From Veleropilina oligotropha (Eukaryota), in the NCBI GenBank assembly GCA_048128005.1, contig JBEUKZ010000122.1, forward strand, positions 1 to 64,000: a stretch of 64,000 bases of DNA, read 5' to 3'. The notes below the pieces were generated by a model. The model was not told where the DNA came from. It did not search any database and was given only the letters and a program-made list of their open reading frames with translations. The first letter of the stretch is position 1, and the number at the start of each line of letters is the position of its first letter. This document shows positions 22,891 to 58,700 of this stretch, piece after piece. The translations under genes and the position numbers were made by a program.

Positions 22891-24364
22891 GCTACCAATG
22901 GACAGTAGATGGAATGCGGATTTGGTATTGGAGCAGGATAATGAACAAGGTTACAAAATGCACGAAGATATGCTTGATAATGAGGATGATGATGACTGAT
23001 ATGAATAATTATTATCAGACAATTGAAAGTGAACTAGGCCGACAATGGCTAAAATTTTGTACACCTAACATATCTACTTCAAACATTATATAAATTCCAA
23101 GGTTTTGCGTTATGGTGATGTCATGGCTACTATTATGAAAAGGCATGACATTACCTTAATACCCAAGATTGCTCTCATGAATGCGAACAGCTGGATATTA
23201 ATACACCTAGACACTTCGATTATCATTAAGTGTTGTTTAGTTAAAAAGATTTTACATATTTTCTCAGTAAACCTTCTCCATTATGGAGTTGTTATAGCAA
23301 CGATCCTGATTTGGCATGATCGTGACCTCCATCTACGTCTAATTCGAGTCCAATTAACTGAGAAGCTTCAAATATATATACCTAGGCACTTAGATTGTGT
23401 GGTTGTGTAGTTTGTTACCAAAATATGACACTTTTTCCCATAAATCAAATATTTAAACTGGGCGTTGCCATGGCAACAACCATAACCGTGACCTTGAATG
23501 ACCCATATATTGATTGTAATCGACTGGGCATCTTCATATTTATATATACCTAGACACTTAGGGCCTCCACACACCAACGCTGCGCGTAAGCATCACAGCC
23601 CAGCGCGTGAGACCACAAACAGTCGCTCATGTTGTTTTATAATGATCAACCTTAATTAACGCAGCGCTTGAGCAGTGCGTGAGCAGCAATATTTTCGGAT
23701 CGCGAAAAAAGCGATTTTTGCTGCTTACTGCCTCGACGCGCCGGGAAATCCCCTTTTGATGATGTCATATAGTATATACAACAAGAGCAAGAGTATCATT
23801 GAATTGTTCTGTGGATATATGAAACACTGCTCGCAATGTATACATATCCACATGGACACGCCATCGACACCGTTTGCTTCTCATATACACGTACACATGT
23901 ACAATGACTTCTTTTTCACGACCCGTCAGCAACTAAATACGTTTTTTCCATAATTGAATAAAAACAGTTAGGCCTACATGCAAGTTCCCTACAATATAAA
24001 CAGAGTAAGACTCAACAAAGGCTTGCATGTATTTTAAGCATGTGTATATAGCTTTTAATATGCATTCAAATGTTCGTCAGATAGCTCAAAATAAGTATTT
24101 TAAGTAATTACTGGTACCACATTGATGCTTGTCTACATTAATGCTGCGCCCTTGCGCTGCTCGAATGTGGGTACAAAATAAACGCGTTAACGCGCTGCGC
24201 AGCACTGCGCTGCGTAATGTGTTACGAAAAATGACACTTTTCTCAAAAATCTAAAATTTCAACAGGGCATCGCCATGTTAACAACTCTGATTAGGCATAA
24301 ACGTGACCTTTTATAACCCATATCTTGATTGCAATCGACTGGGCATCTTGAAATATTTTTCCTA

Positions 24365-27300
24365 GAGTCTGGTGGAAGAATGGCCATTTTTGCCTTAGGT
24401 GTGTTTTGGAGTACATACGTTTTATTGGTGATTGTGGTAGAACAGACCATACAGAATGCAAATCCGCTTGATGACACTTTGTCATCATTGAGCAATTTTT
24501 TTTACTGGCAAAATTCAAAATGTCTGCCCTAAAACCGATTTTCGGCTATAAGTTCATCAAAAATTGTCATCGAGATCCGATTTTGGTGTATACAACTATG
24601 TTTTAAGGGTGCATGAATCCATTGAAGCACATAAATGTATCATATCTCCTCTCCAAGACCTTAAATTTTCATATTCCACCAAAATTCAAAATGGCCGCCA
24701 CAGAAACAGATGGAAACTGATTTTCGGTTATAAGTTTGCCAAAAATTGACCAAGAGGGCTGATATTTTGTCTAAAAGTATATTTCTAAGTCCTGAAATCC
24801 ACTAGACTGAATAAATATATGCATTCTCTCCATTAGCCTGAATTTTCATATTTCCATTATTAAAATAAAGCATTCATGATTAGCATTGCCCCCCAAAACA
24901 CGGTACTTCATATGTAGCAAAGTCACATGAAATAGCATGCTATAAAAGCATATACGTTAGCGGCAGTCCTTCGACATAGTCGTTAATGGTTATGCCACTT
25001 GTGTACACTAATGTGACGCTAGCGCTCCACAGAATCGGTGCACTGGATTTGTCAAAATACTTCATTAAAAAATTGACGGAAAGTCTACCATATTGCATCA
25101 TGCAGTATGCTTGTTTTCACGGACCAATACTCACGACATCTTGCCTGTGTGATATAAATCTGTTATATGTCTGACAGTATGATGGATAGGCCTACACCTA
25201 TAAAAAACAAGTTTGAATATTTTATCATCACTATCATGGATCTGTGACTTTTAAGTCTTGTAGCATCGCACTGGGATGTAGAACCATATCTAAGACGAAA
25301 CTTGTATGTACATTGACTGATAATTTTACAAAATTGTCATCAGAGAAATCAACGGGTCATTTTGAGTTGTTACCATATGCATGACCACTTATATAAAGGT
25401 TACATGTGATTGAATGTTTCCATTAGCATATCATGTTATAAGTAACATTATTTTGTTAAGAAGAAAGATACTGCCACACTAACTGTGGTAACCAAGCCGA
25501 TTGTTTTGATATGGGAATTTGTGATGATATTATCTACTAAGATGAGATATACATACAACTAAAAAAATATACAGGCATATAGATGGTTGTGATATAGCAG
25601 TTAAATAACAAAATGCACAAAGGACAAACTGTTTTCTTTACCTACGCTAGAAGGAAAGCCCGGTCGCCCGGGGAAACCCGCCGTCTCCGGCCAACTTTGA
25701 TTCATATCTTCAACCAATTTGTGATGTCCCTGCCGATGTTTGACCCCACTACTGTTCGTGTCAGCGGAATCAAGTCAGTGGAATCCACAACTGATACAAC
25801 ACGACTGTCGAAGTGGACTCTCGGAGGAGTGGTATGTGGATAAAGTGTGGTGATGTTGAAGACATGGATGAGGAAGAGGGTAAGGCCGAAGAAGAGATTG
25901 TATCAATGTCAGACAGGTCAAGGATAATATAAGGGTGGTAGGAGTACACGTGAAGGATGCAGTGGACAAGAGGAGATGAAGAAAGAAGATCGTCACCGGA
26001 CGACCCACATAGTGGGATTCAAGTCTGTGAAAGAAGACTTGAACTCAAAGGTACATTCAAGAGGTTCATATAATCATAGTTATATGCGTTGTCAGACGGA
26101 TCAGATAATTCGTAGATCAGATAGGATAGTTGATGTCCACTGATCACTGTCGATTAAACGATCATGTTCACATGTACAAGCAGTAATATGGCGTGACGGA
26201 CTGGAAGCTGGCCAACCAGTGGTTGAATAGTGAATACACTCCTGGCCCTGGTGGACGAAAGGTGGAGTATCCGCTGCGCTGATATCACACTCTGTACTTC
26301 AGATGTCATGCAGGTTATGGATGAAATACCGAAAGATGATCAGACGTGGCTGTAGTACCTCAAGACCTTGTCTGACAGCCAGACTGTCATGTTCAGCCTT
26401 CTGCTGAGCTGTGGTGTTATAATGAGCATACAAATTAATCTGTTCTATTTAATGAGGATGATTGGCAACGTTTTACGGCCACTTTTGGCAATTTTTAACC
26501 CGTATCGCAGTCAGGACACCTGGTTTAAGGTCACACTCCGATCTGAATGACATCTGGGGCAAACGCCTTCTATTATTTTAAGCTTTTGACTGAGCTGCAA
26601 CTAATGTCGAAACCGGGACCAAAAAACAGCTTCGTTGGGGTGTATGAGATGCTAATTACTCACCCGCCGATGCTGCTGAGATCAAGGCGCATGAACTGAT
26701 GTGTCTAATATTAAATGCATATAACATATGATTATATATGTTACCACACGCATATGTTTAAGGTCTTATGCATGTCTTTTAATAAAAAACAGCTTAGCAT
26801 ATGTCCCATTTTATTCTTACATGATGAAATCAGAACATTGTATGTTTTTGGTTGTATGTAAATATCCCCTAATATTAGGCCTCTATCATCACCATACTGG
26901 GCAATGTTATCACGAGTGCTTTAAAAATAGAGATATGAAAATTCAAGGTTATATAGTGATATATATATTGATATATTAGTGTGCTCCAGGTGATTCCTAG
27001 ATCTTTAAAACATAGGTTTGGACACCAAAATCAGGTCCATATGTCAATTTTTGGAGAACTTATTATCGGAAATCTGATTTTGTGGTGGCCATTTTGAATT
27101 TTGCCTGAATATTAATATTTAGGCTCATGGATGGGATATAAGTTATATTTATGTGCTCCAGTGGATTCATAGACCCTAAAACATAAGTTTAGACACCAAA
27201 ATCAGATCTCTATGTCAATTTTGGGGGAACTTATAGTCGAAAATCGGTTTTTGGGGCAGCCATTTTGAATTTTGCCCGTAAAAAAAATCCTCAATGATGA

Positions 27301-27399
27301 CCAAGTGTCATCAAGCGGATTTGCGTTCTGTTCTACCAGAATCACCAATAAAAGCTGTATGTACTCCAAAACACACCTATGTCAATTTCCACCAGACTA
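24365..27399. mobile_element. Second Academ-like non-autonomous element nested in the first
   Basis: About 480-bp TIRs, (t/g)AGTCTGGTGGAA ... TTCCACCAGACTA, with a CTA target duplication at 24362-24364 and 27400-27402. Confidence 0.82.
25815..26040 (+). mobile_element. RTE-like LINE 3' fragment
   Basis: Degenerate translation (R)KRVRPKKR....V..KDAVDKRR*RKKIVTGRP with a GAAAGAAGA tail. Confidence 0.55.
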
Positions 27400-28201
27400 C
27401 TAGACACTTAGTTTGCGTTTGTATGTTGTTTAGTCACGAAATAAGGTTTTTTTAATTTCAATTTCTCATTACTGCGTTGCCATGACAACGGGGCTGATGC
27501 TTATATCCACCATCAGATTAATGGCAAACATGCAGATTATGATAGCTGAGGGTCTTAGTTAACTGAAAAACATTGTGAAGGAAAACATTGTGAAGGAAAA
27601 TGCCTAAGTGGGAACAAGGGTATACAGTGACCCACAGTCTAGATTATCCTAATAGTGCAATTATATTGTCATATTGCCTGGTAAGGCTCAGTAACCCACT
27701 TTTAACATATTTTTATCTTTAAAAGACCTCATTACCACTCAAAATCACCTCTAAATGAACATGTAGCCATCCAAAATCCTGAAAAATGAGTTCTTCACCC
27801 AAAAGATAGTGGAAATATACATGTTAATTATGTTTCTGCTTCACTTCAGTTCAAAGTTACAAATATTATACAAATTACATTCACTTTTGGCGGCCATCTT
27901 GGAATTATGCAAATTAGGTACCTTCCACCCCAAAATATTTCGGGGAACTTTCTGGAAATCTTCTAAATTTAAAGTTATTTCGTCATATCAGCCAATTTTC
28001 AGCTCTGTCCCCAATTTTTCCCACTACACGAAAATTTCCAGCTAATTTTACTCCACTACGGATAATACCATCCTTTTTACCAAGCCGCACCGGTAAATGA
28101 GTGAATAGAGCAGACTCTGAATTTTCTCACTTAAATGATCCGTACAACAGAGGTGGGTTAGAATTCTCGCTTAGTTAATAGTCACAGTTGCCCATGGCTG
28201 G

Positions 28202-28633
28202 TTTTTATGTCTTGACTTTTTGTAAAAAAGGACAAGACATTATCAAATGGTCCGTGTGTATATACTTATATATATATCCGTCGATTTATTTGAAAACTAC
28301 CCGCTCAATTTTCACCAAAATTGGTACACACATTCCCAAGAGTATTTGAAGGTCGTGTATATAACTTTCGCGACACAATTTTGCAAAAATATGCATTTAT
28401 TGAGCACTTTTATCCATATTTGTATATAACGGATGTCTAATATTGCAAGCAAATGGCAATGACGTCATTACGACGTCGCCTTAGATTAATCGTCATTTGG
28501 TGACGTCACAATCGACGGGGTAGTAAATTAAGCCATGAAGTACTTGCACTTACGTAGTCATTGTATTAACTGTTATGAAAATTTGAGGGAAATAAAGAAA
28601 GGTCAAGACATATTTCGAACGCGTCGTTCTTGT
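28202..28633 (+). mobile_element. Helentron-associated (HINE-like) element; a related 3' end lies at about 2398-2431
   Basis: Sub-TIR TATGTCTTGAC / GTCAAGACATA; the 3' end AGGTCAAGACATATTyCGAACGCGTCGTTCTTGT is shared with 2398-2431. Confidence 0.6.
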
Positions 28634-28815
28634 TCCATATCCATATTAGCACGGAGAGAAGGAGTGGTTCAGAGAATAACATGTCCTTTCCAGACAGTTC
28701 CGAGGTCTCGAATATATATACTCCTGTGATCCAATGCAGTCAGTAAGAGCAAATTGGAAGCAATGCTTTTAACAACGAAAAAATATCACAGCCTTACAAT
28801 TAAATAACTTAAATT

Positions 28816-29127
28816 GGTGCTCTTTCGGTACTTCCCCACAGATCCAGCTTTTATACATATTTAAGGAGCTCCGGCTTTTATTTGTCTTAAATTCACGGCC
28901 TATGATAAGATACACGTGATGGGTACGTAGTTGTATTGGCTTTACAAACGTATATACACCGGACCGCCCGGTGAGCCTGGACTGACCGAGGTTCACCTGT
29001 TGCTAGTCCCCATGGATTTCACATTAACGACGCATCCAAAGTCGTCCTTTTATCGGAGATGAAAAACCGGATTTCCAAAGTTGAGTAAAAGCTGGAGCTG
29101 GGGGGGGGGAAGTACCGAAAGAGCACC
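28816..29127. mobile_element. MITE with GG termini and 8-bp TSD (Merlin-like)
   Basis: Perfect TIR GGTGCTCTTTCGGTACTTCCCC; TSD CTTAAATT, whose right copy is split by the next element. Confidence 0.8.
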
Positions 29128-29132
29128 CTTAA

Positions 29133-30893
29133 CCCTTTACATTACCAATCGGCTTATATAGCCTATGTATTTACATTAATAACCAAAATATTGACTAAAA
29201 TGGTCATACTTCTTCTCTGCACCACAATTTGAAAAATGTCTGTCATAGATTAATTAAACTTTGTCACATTCAGCATATGTCATTGCTGCATCAAAATGTA
29301 GCAGAATTTACAGGTATTTCTGGAAGAAATTTACAGTACAATAAAAGCATTATATTAGTTCTTGTGTTGTTGTATTTTATCAAATATCCATTAAATCCTA
29401 ATGGCACACATATTAGTTATGAAATGAGAAAAAATAACTGGGTATCATAATTTATTGCAGGTAATACAGGTAGTCATATGCTATTCATACAGTGCCTGCA
29501 TGTGAATTCAATGCAAATAAACAACTGTACAACTGCAACATTTATAATTTTGCTTGGGGAAATGTAATGGAAAGTGTTTATAAGTTGTTGCTGCATCAAA
29601 ATGTACCTCAAATTCCAAAAGATATATTGTCCGAAGTCAGGTAATACCAGGTAAGTAACAGAATTTACAAGTATTTCAGGAAGAAATTAAAATAAAAGTA
29701 TTATAAAAGTCCTTGTGTTATTGTATTATATCAAATATCCATGAAATTCTAATGGCACACATATTAGATATGAAATTAAAAAAAATAACTGGCCAGTGGG
29801 TATCTGATATCATAGTTATTAATTGCAGGTTTTGGTAATACAGGTAGGCATATGATATTCTCACAGTGCCTTTATGTGAATTCAAATCAAATAAACAGCT
29901 GAACAACAGCAATATTTATAATTTGGCATGAAGAAATAAAATGCAAGTGTTTATTGGCCATTTGGCATACCAATGAAATCTAAAAATTATACTTAGGTCT
30001 ATACATTTAATAATTACAGGTAAAATATATTACAGGTAATAAATAGCTTATCAATAACAGCATAATCGTTACATAATACTTATTAAATTAGTTCGATAGA
30101 GAATCATGGAACTACAAGAGAGTTAATTTGAATTCCTATCATGGAGTTTTCGTTGAATAGGCCTACCTATCATATTACTTATTTTCAAGCAAGTCGTAAC
30201 CTGCCATTGGTGGCAGCCATCTTGAATTTGAGCTATTGTCAATCTTTCGACTTTCGTTTGCCTACCTATTTGTTTTCCAAAAAGATTCTGGTTGGAAAGA
30301 AAAAATAATTTAGAAACTTTGCGTCTACCGATTACGTATGCCGCGTTGGTCCATGCCGTACTGGAAAGTGCAGTATTAAAAATTCATGTAAAACTTCCGC
30401 AATACCACTCGGAGGTCAAACTGTCGTCCTTGTGGCTATTTTCGTTTGAAGTGGCTTCGCTATTTCGCAATTCGGTTTACCTTCATCGCTGTCTAAGTTA
30501 AAAACATCGATGTCAATTTCTCTGTCAAGTTCATCCTAATATCTCCGTTGCATTTTCCATCGCTTCGATAACATTTTCTACTAAAATACCATCCAAATCT
30601 GATTCAGAGTCGTTAATATCCATTCCGATAAACGTACAGCATTCGCGCCCAGGTAAAAATGACTTTTAATCGAAAAAATTGGCCCAAAACGTATTTTCCA
30701 GAGAGTTTTCTGCGATTTGCAAATGGCGACATACTGGCTCTCGTTAAACTCTCGCAAAGGCAATGTCTGGGGTCCCATAAAGGTTTTATGTATCCTGAGA
30801 ACAAAATTTGAAATAGCGGTCGGGTTCGGCCGGTTTAAACATAATGACGTCATATTTTCGCGGCCGGTTTCGGCCGGTTTAAATGCTAAAGAG
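29133..30893. mobile_element. piggyBac-like non-autonomous element
   Basis: TTAA-CCCTTTA ... TAAAGAG-TTAA; an internal direct duplication of about 300 bp. Confidence 0.75.
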
Positions 30894-30961
30894 TTAAATT
30901 GAGTCCAAACCACCATTGCACAAAATAATAGTTATCAGAAATAACTAGAAAACGAACAACG

Positions 30962-30967
30962 TTTATT
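30962..30967 (-). other. Candidate polyadenylation signal of RNF113
   Basis: AATAAA on the minus strand about 430 nt after the stop codon. Confidence 0.45.
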
Positions 30968-31397
30968 GATTCTATATGTTTTATGTACAATACATGTTCA
31001 CCGAAAGAAATATCTACACAATGTAACAACAAGTTTTCTTGTGGGAGAGTGACATAAAAACATTTTTGCGACACGTCCATATAAAAATAAATTATGCCAA
31101 GCTACAACACAAGTTATGTTAATGCTACTCATTTCAAAGCTATGCAAAGCAACAAATGAACAACTTGTGGCAGGTTTTCACCAGAATCTTAGAAGGAAGC
31201 AGGTCCTTTTCATCTATCTTGTTTATCTATCACTTAGCATTTATAATCATTTCTGATTCCATGTTCAGCTTCACACTATGGTAGCAAGACCATATATGCC
31301 ATATAGTAAGAAGACTATTTCCATTGATATGATGGTCACGCTTCACTTCTTGTGAAGGAAATTACACGTTTTGCTGCTATTTGAGAATCCATGATTT

Positions 31398-52547
<21,150 letters not shown>

Positions 52548-52762
52548 GTTGAGAACGCACAATATACGATTTGTTAGCTGGCATTTCATTGGCTGGTTTA
52601 TAAGTTCCTCCCCATATGAGCAAATCATAATGACCGTTACATACGTAAACAAATGAATCAAAACATGAAGCACGTTATTGATTCTTGACGAGATATTCTT
52701 TGAATACTGGTTATTGAATTGACCTGATAATTTACCGTTATGGTGTGAGAGCAGATGTCAAG
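52548..52762. promoter_or_regulatory. Bidirectional promoter shared by RNF113 and CRPPA
   Basis: Divergent start codons are 215 bp apart. An ATTGG (CCAAT) box lies near 52588, and a YY1-type CCGCCATGTT overlaps the RNF113 ATG. Confidence 0.75.
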
Positions 52763-55700
52763 ATGTCTAACATAATTGACTTTTCTGCGTGCGTGATTTT
52801 TCCCGCTGGCGGGAGTGGGGTGCGATTTGACGGCGACGCTAATTCTGCGATGCCAAAACAATATTCAACTATCCTAGGCAATCCAATCATGTCGTACACT
52901 ATTGAGGCATTTAATAGGTAATTAAGTTACTAGCGACGCTTTATAGGATTTGTAAACCCTGTTTATTGATACACTGGCACTGATGCCCGTATAATATATT
53001 CTTCAAATGAAATCTGTGTATCGATTCCCCTGACACGAACAGTAATGGGTTCGAATCTCGGTTGGAACATTTGCATTATTCGTTCAGTTATGAATCACAG
53101 TTGTCCATAACTAGTGCTATGAATAATAATAATAATAATTCATATAATAATAATAATTAAATGTTCTGCTCTGAACAGGTTGGGGAGGAGCCTTTCGGGA
53201 TATACATTCCGATCTCAATCGATATATATAAAATATATCCTGATCGGGATATAGAAATATCAAAATTTTAAAATCATTTTTTGCAGGCAAATAACAAATA
53301 CGAGCAAATGTAGTATATGAGAGCCATTATAAAATTTAAAATAATTCTATGAAATTGTGCCTCGATTGTTCTTTATTTCACGGCTAAAAATTGACGAAAT
53401 TCTAAATCTTTCGCCACTAAATTAAGGACCAATGGGGCTCAATTTGATAACATTATTTACTTATATAGCATCTCATATAATTATTTACATTTACTGGATT
53501 TTTGTTACTTGACTGTAAAAACGATTTTCAAATATATAAATCACAATCTGGATATATTTTGTATCCCGATTTAGATATATACCCCGATCTGGATATATAT
53601 CTCGTAAAGTGACTTCTCCCCAACCTGCTGAACCTGATGGTTGTAAATTTACAATCCAATCCACAAATGCTAGTGTAACTTCGATGAAGTGGTCATAAAG
53701 CATTCATTGAATCCACTTTATGCAAAATATTTACCTCTGCCAATAGTTAGCATAATAACGCATAAAGTTACTGTCATATTTTGGGGATAGATTGGACCTC
53801 AATTCATAAACAAAAAGAGACAAAATGGGAGAGTCTATCATACCGGCGATATAAACATAGAATAATTACTTTTTTCAAAATGGTCAATAAAATAACACCA
53901 CAATATTCCCAAATACTAGTCCCACCCAGACATCAAGATCGTAGTGATAGGAATCTTCGAAACCGCTCAAACATAGAAATACCCTTTTCAAACACAAATC
54001 TCTATTATAACTCTTTCATTCCTAAAACAGTAAGAGAGTGGAACCTTCTCCCCGAATATATTAAGACAGATTGCTCACTTCATTCACAGCATACTTAAAT
54101 AGGAACACTGCTACACCGCCACACTATTATTTATTAGGAGACAGACAAGCTCAAGTTCATCACACCAGGCTGCGTCTTGGTTGTAGCTCATTAAATTATG
54201 ATCTGTTTCAAAATCATGTGTCCTGTACTGACCTATGTTTATGTGGACAGGTTGAAACAGCAAAACATTATATATTAGAATGCATTACATATCGTGATAT
54301 TAGACAACGAACTATAAATATGTTACCACAGATATTTAGTATTAATATACTCTTACAAGGTAGCCCTCTGCTAACATATGCTATTAATGTGGAGATATTC
54401 AGCACCGTACATCGATTCATTACTGCAACTAAAAGATTTGTGTAATCATTTGTTTTACTTTACAAATATAGCAATTTGACATATTTATTAATAAACAGAC
54501 AAGCATCAAATCGTCGAAATATACGGTACATGTAATTCAAATAACAATATTTATACTTAATAATGCTTAATCATGTATTCATACTAACAAAGTTATTATT
54601 ATATATCGAACGATTATATTCGTACGTTTTTATGTACTATTTGTGAATTCATGCATGGATATTCATACTTACGAGATATATATCACATTTATATCCAATG
54701 TGATAATCGTATTTATACACTATTTATCTTCACGTAATCGTATGAATAATCTTAATAACTACTATTATTTATGTAACATTAATTATGCACTGTTATTACA
54801 CACGATTATTATTGTTTATCATACTTATTTACAAAGTTTGCTTCTAAAATGTAGGATTAATTCATACTGTATCATTATAATCATCTCATGCACGTTGACC
54901 ATCCTACTCGTAAGCTATATTATGTATGATAGAGGAGATAGCTTTAAATAAGAATAACTTCTTGTTGCTAAATTCTCAAATTTTATGGTTACATAATATG
55001 TATGCTATGCAATTTTGGGTTATTAATAAAATATTGTTTAAACTAAACAAAGTACCGTAATATACTTACAAATAATATTGGCAAAATATTTCTGATTTTA
55101 TTTATTAGGCAAAATTAATCTACCTTAACATTAATACACGTTGTTCATTTATATTTTATCAGAAATGGCTATACTTCATAAAGGATTGAGTGTCATTTGT
55201 TTGATAAGACTAAAGTATATGACATTGTATAACCATTTCTGTAAAACACTTTTCAAAGGTATTTTCTTTCAGGCTTTCTTGGATCAGCGATATCATCGTT
55301 ACCGTGTCCTCTAGTTACATTGATCATGTGACCTCACTATGTAAGCACTATGGGTTTCACAAGGTCACGGTGGTGGAAGGGGGATCAACGAGACATCGAT
55401 CTATCTACAATGGCATCAAGGCTGTGTCAACAGGTATCTGTTGAAATCATGAAGATTCTGACAGTGTTATATATAGAGGATCTCATATGAGTGGTAATGT
55501 AATATCACATTTATGAAACGAGTTTAACTAATTTTCATATTTTCCGAGGCTTGCCGAGGAAAATATGAAAATTAGTTAAACGAGTTTCATAAATGTGATA
55601 TTACATTACCACGAGTGTGAGGTTCTATTTATCACATATTGCACTTTGGTAGGAAACAAACTACAAACTCACCGGTCGAAGAATCAGCGGCAGATTGAAG

Positions 55701-58700
55701 GCGACATTATGGCGTAGTGATATGTAAACAGTTTAATGCAAACGGCATCGTGTTTACTCATTACATAAATTAGTATCAATATTAATGCGGTCCAAAAAGA
55801 GTGCGAAAGTTTATCATTAATTAAGTTAACTAACAAATATTCTTTGAAAATGAACCGATGTAACTTTATATAAACTATATGAACGTATTAGAATAACAAT
55901 TTTCATTAAGGATTAAAGCTATCTGGCAAAAACAGTAACGCGGGATATACTTTTCGCCATCTGTCATTTGACGTCTGCTATCGCGGATCCACGTACCTGC
56001 ATAAATGTGATTGTTCCGTCTACAATCTCGTTACCTCAAAATCAGTTCCAATAATCTCTACCATGTTTCTGTTTTATGGCCTTTGTTAATAATGTTTACA
56101 CTATCACCGTCATAATGTCAACATTAAAAATATTGGCGGCAATCACGTTATGACATTATAGTAAATAATAGGTAGAAACAAAAAGTGCGCTCGACCTCTA
56201 GTGACACGCATTTCTATTGGCTGTTCTAATTTCATTCATTAAATCATCCAATCGCATTTGGATATGGCTGTAGACACACGTGTAATACGACGAATAATAC
56301 ACGGTGTTGCACTATGGGACAATGACCAAGATATGTGATAGTTAGTACACTGACAAACGGCACCAGAATGAACAAGTATGAAATCATTATGCGGATTGAA
56401 ATTTTCACATTAATTTTTTAATTAAATGTTCAGGGGTATCAAAATGGTTTGAAGTAAAAGGTGCAAACAGTAAAGTAGGAAGTGTAATTCAATACATGAT
56501 TTCAATAGAATATAGCTATAGCCAATATTTTGATACCCTGCATGTTCTAATCCGCTGGGTAGTAGAGTGGACCGATAAGACCGTGGTTCCCAATTCAATC
56601 ATCTCACTGCTCTGTTCAACAGGAGTTGGTATGGTTTGAATCTTCGACTGATAACCTTGTTCAATTAACAGTAATATTTGTCCATAACTGTTATTATATT
56701 ACTATAAGCGACTTTTGCGTACCTAATTTTATTGCAAAAACTTCAATTTTAAGGCAGCTCTAGATTATTATCCTTTAGTTACTGATATTCAATATTTTTA
56801 TTGTACCACAGTATATTGCTGTAATAACGTTAATTTAATAAGTAAAAACGTTTATTGTGGCCGTTTGTGTATTAAATAGGTCGTTATTAATCTGAAATTT
56901 CATCGTGGCTGCCATACTGCTTAACGATAAGCATTTGGATTTTTAAGATCATGACATTGTGTCCATTTACGTATGCTGTCTTGTTTTTAGTATTGATAAG
57001 AAGTACCTAAACTTGTAAAGTTATTCTAAAAATATCTGTTAGATAAATAATGTATTAGCGGAGTGGAAGTGACCCACTGGCTTTAAAGCCAGCTGTGATC
57101 TTGAATTAGTCAAAACTATCTTCAGATATATGTGATTATTTCATGTATAATTTATGTCACACCAATACCCTTTTAATTAAAAAATAAATTTATGTACAAT
57201 TTTTCTATGGTTATATGATAATATTTATTATTAATTTGTCCCGTTTTCTATTAGATGGAAGCTTTAGTGGAAGAAAATATTTATTTCAGTGCTAACGTCA
57301 CCCGATGTTGTACTCATCCATGATGTGGTCAGACCATTCGCTGAGGAGCCTGTAGTCCGAGAAGTGGCCAGAGCGGCCAAGGAACATGGGGTACAGTATA
57401 TTAACGGGTGTGGTATTAAAATGACCCTGCCGTGAGATATAGTGTATCTCCTCCCCTGCTGCACATGTGTGAGCCCAATGAAATGCGATTTTGCGGAAGC
57501 CGTACACACGATTTCGAAGCAGTGACATACATGTGCATTCTCCCTCACGATTTCGACCTAAATATAATAATAATGTCATTTTTGTATCCCCAAAATTAAC
57601 ATTTCGGGGATAGTATGGTTTAGGCATCATTCAGCCACCGCCACAGAGATTTCTTGTGTGCGCTCTACAGTGAAAGGTTCTAATCCGATTTGATTCAAAT
57701 TCGGTATGCACGTCAGTTATGATGAGGACACGCCACCAAACGATTTACGTCGTTTTCGGATCAAAGATGGCCATTTTGTTTGTACAGATTTCTTGTGCAC
57801 GCTCTATAGTGAAAATTTGTAATCCGATTTGATTCAAATTGGCATGCGTGTTAGTTATGATGAGGACACACCGCCTAACGATTTTCGTCAGTTTCAGATT
57901 CAAAATGGCGGCCTTGGCGGCCTTTTTCTTTGACGAGAATTCTTGTCTGCACTCTACAGTGAAAAGTTCTAATCCGATTTGATTCAAATTTGGTATGCAA
58001 GTTAGTTATCATGAGGACACGCCGCCTAACGATTTTCGTCATTTTCATATCAAAGATGGCTGCTGTAGCAGCCATTTTGTTTGGAGAGATTTCATGTGCG
58101 CGCTTTACAGTGAAATATTTTAATCCGATTTGATTCAAATTTGGCATGTGTGTTATGATGAGGAAACACAGCATATCGATTTTCATTGATTTCTGATTCA
58201 ACGGCAGCCATTTTCTTTGAGCAGATTTCTTGTGTGCACTCTTCAGTGAAGCGCTAATATCCGATTTGATTCAAATTAGATATACACTTTTGGTATGATG
58301 AGGACACGGCACCTATTGATTTTTGCTACCATGGGAGGGGATACATCCCCTCGACTTGCCGAGTCAAGGATTCGCTAGTTATCATATATGATATGCATTT
58401 TAACCTGCAAACAGCAATTTGCTTGCCCGTATGATAGTGTTTCATTGGGGTCACCCATGAGCTGTTGATGGGATACACTATCTCACGGGCAGGGTCATTT
58501 TAATACCACACCGGAATAGTTTTAAGAAGTTATCATTTTAAAACATTTATGCTAAGATACAATGTTATGTTTGCATTATTGTACACATTTCAATAAAGTT
58601 TTCATGTTTGTGAATGTGTCTATTGACATTAAGCACATGTTTATTCACTAGACTAGTAAATTGTGGCAAATACTGCAGAATGAAGAGGCCACTCTGGTCG

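Larger units (their letters stand above)
19849..28058. mobile_element. AcademX-like fold-back DNA transposon, 8.2 kb including nested inserts
   Basis: Termini TAGTGGAGTAA / TTACTCCACTA; 3-bp flanks TGG / CGG; arms mirror each other for kilobases; centre carries XPG-like transposase remnants. Confidence 0.8.

Noticed and set aside
23561..24225. Possible Harbinger-like MITE in the right Academ arm
   Set aside because: It is clearly an insertion with GCGCTGCGC inverted motifs, but the right terminus and TSD could not be defined.
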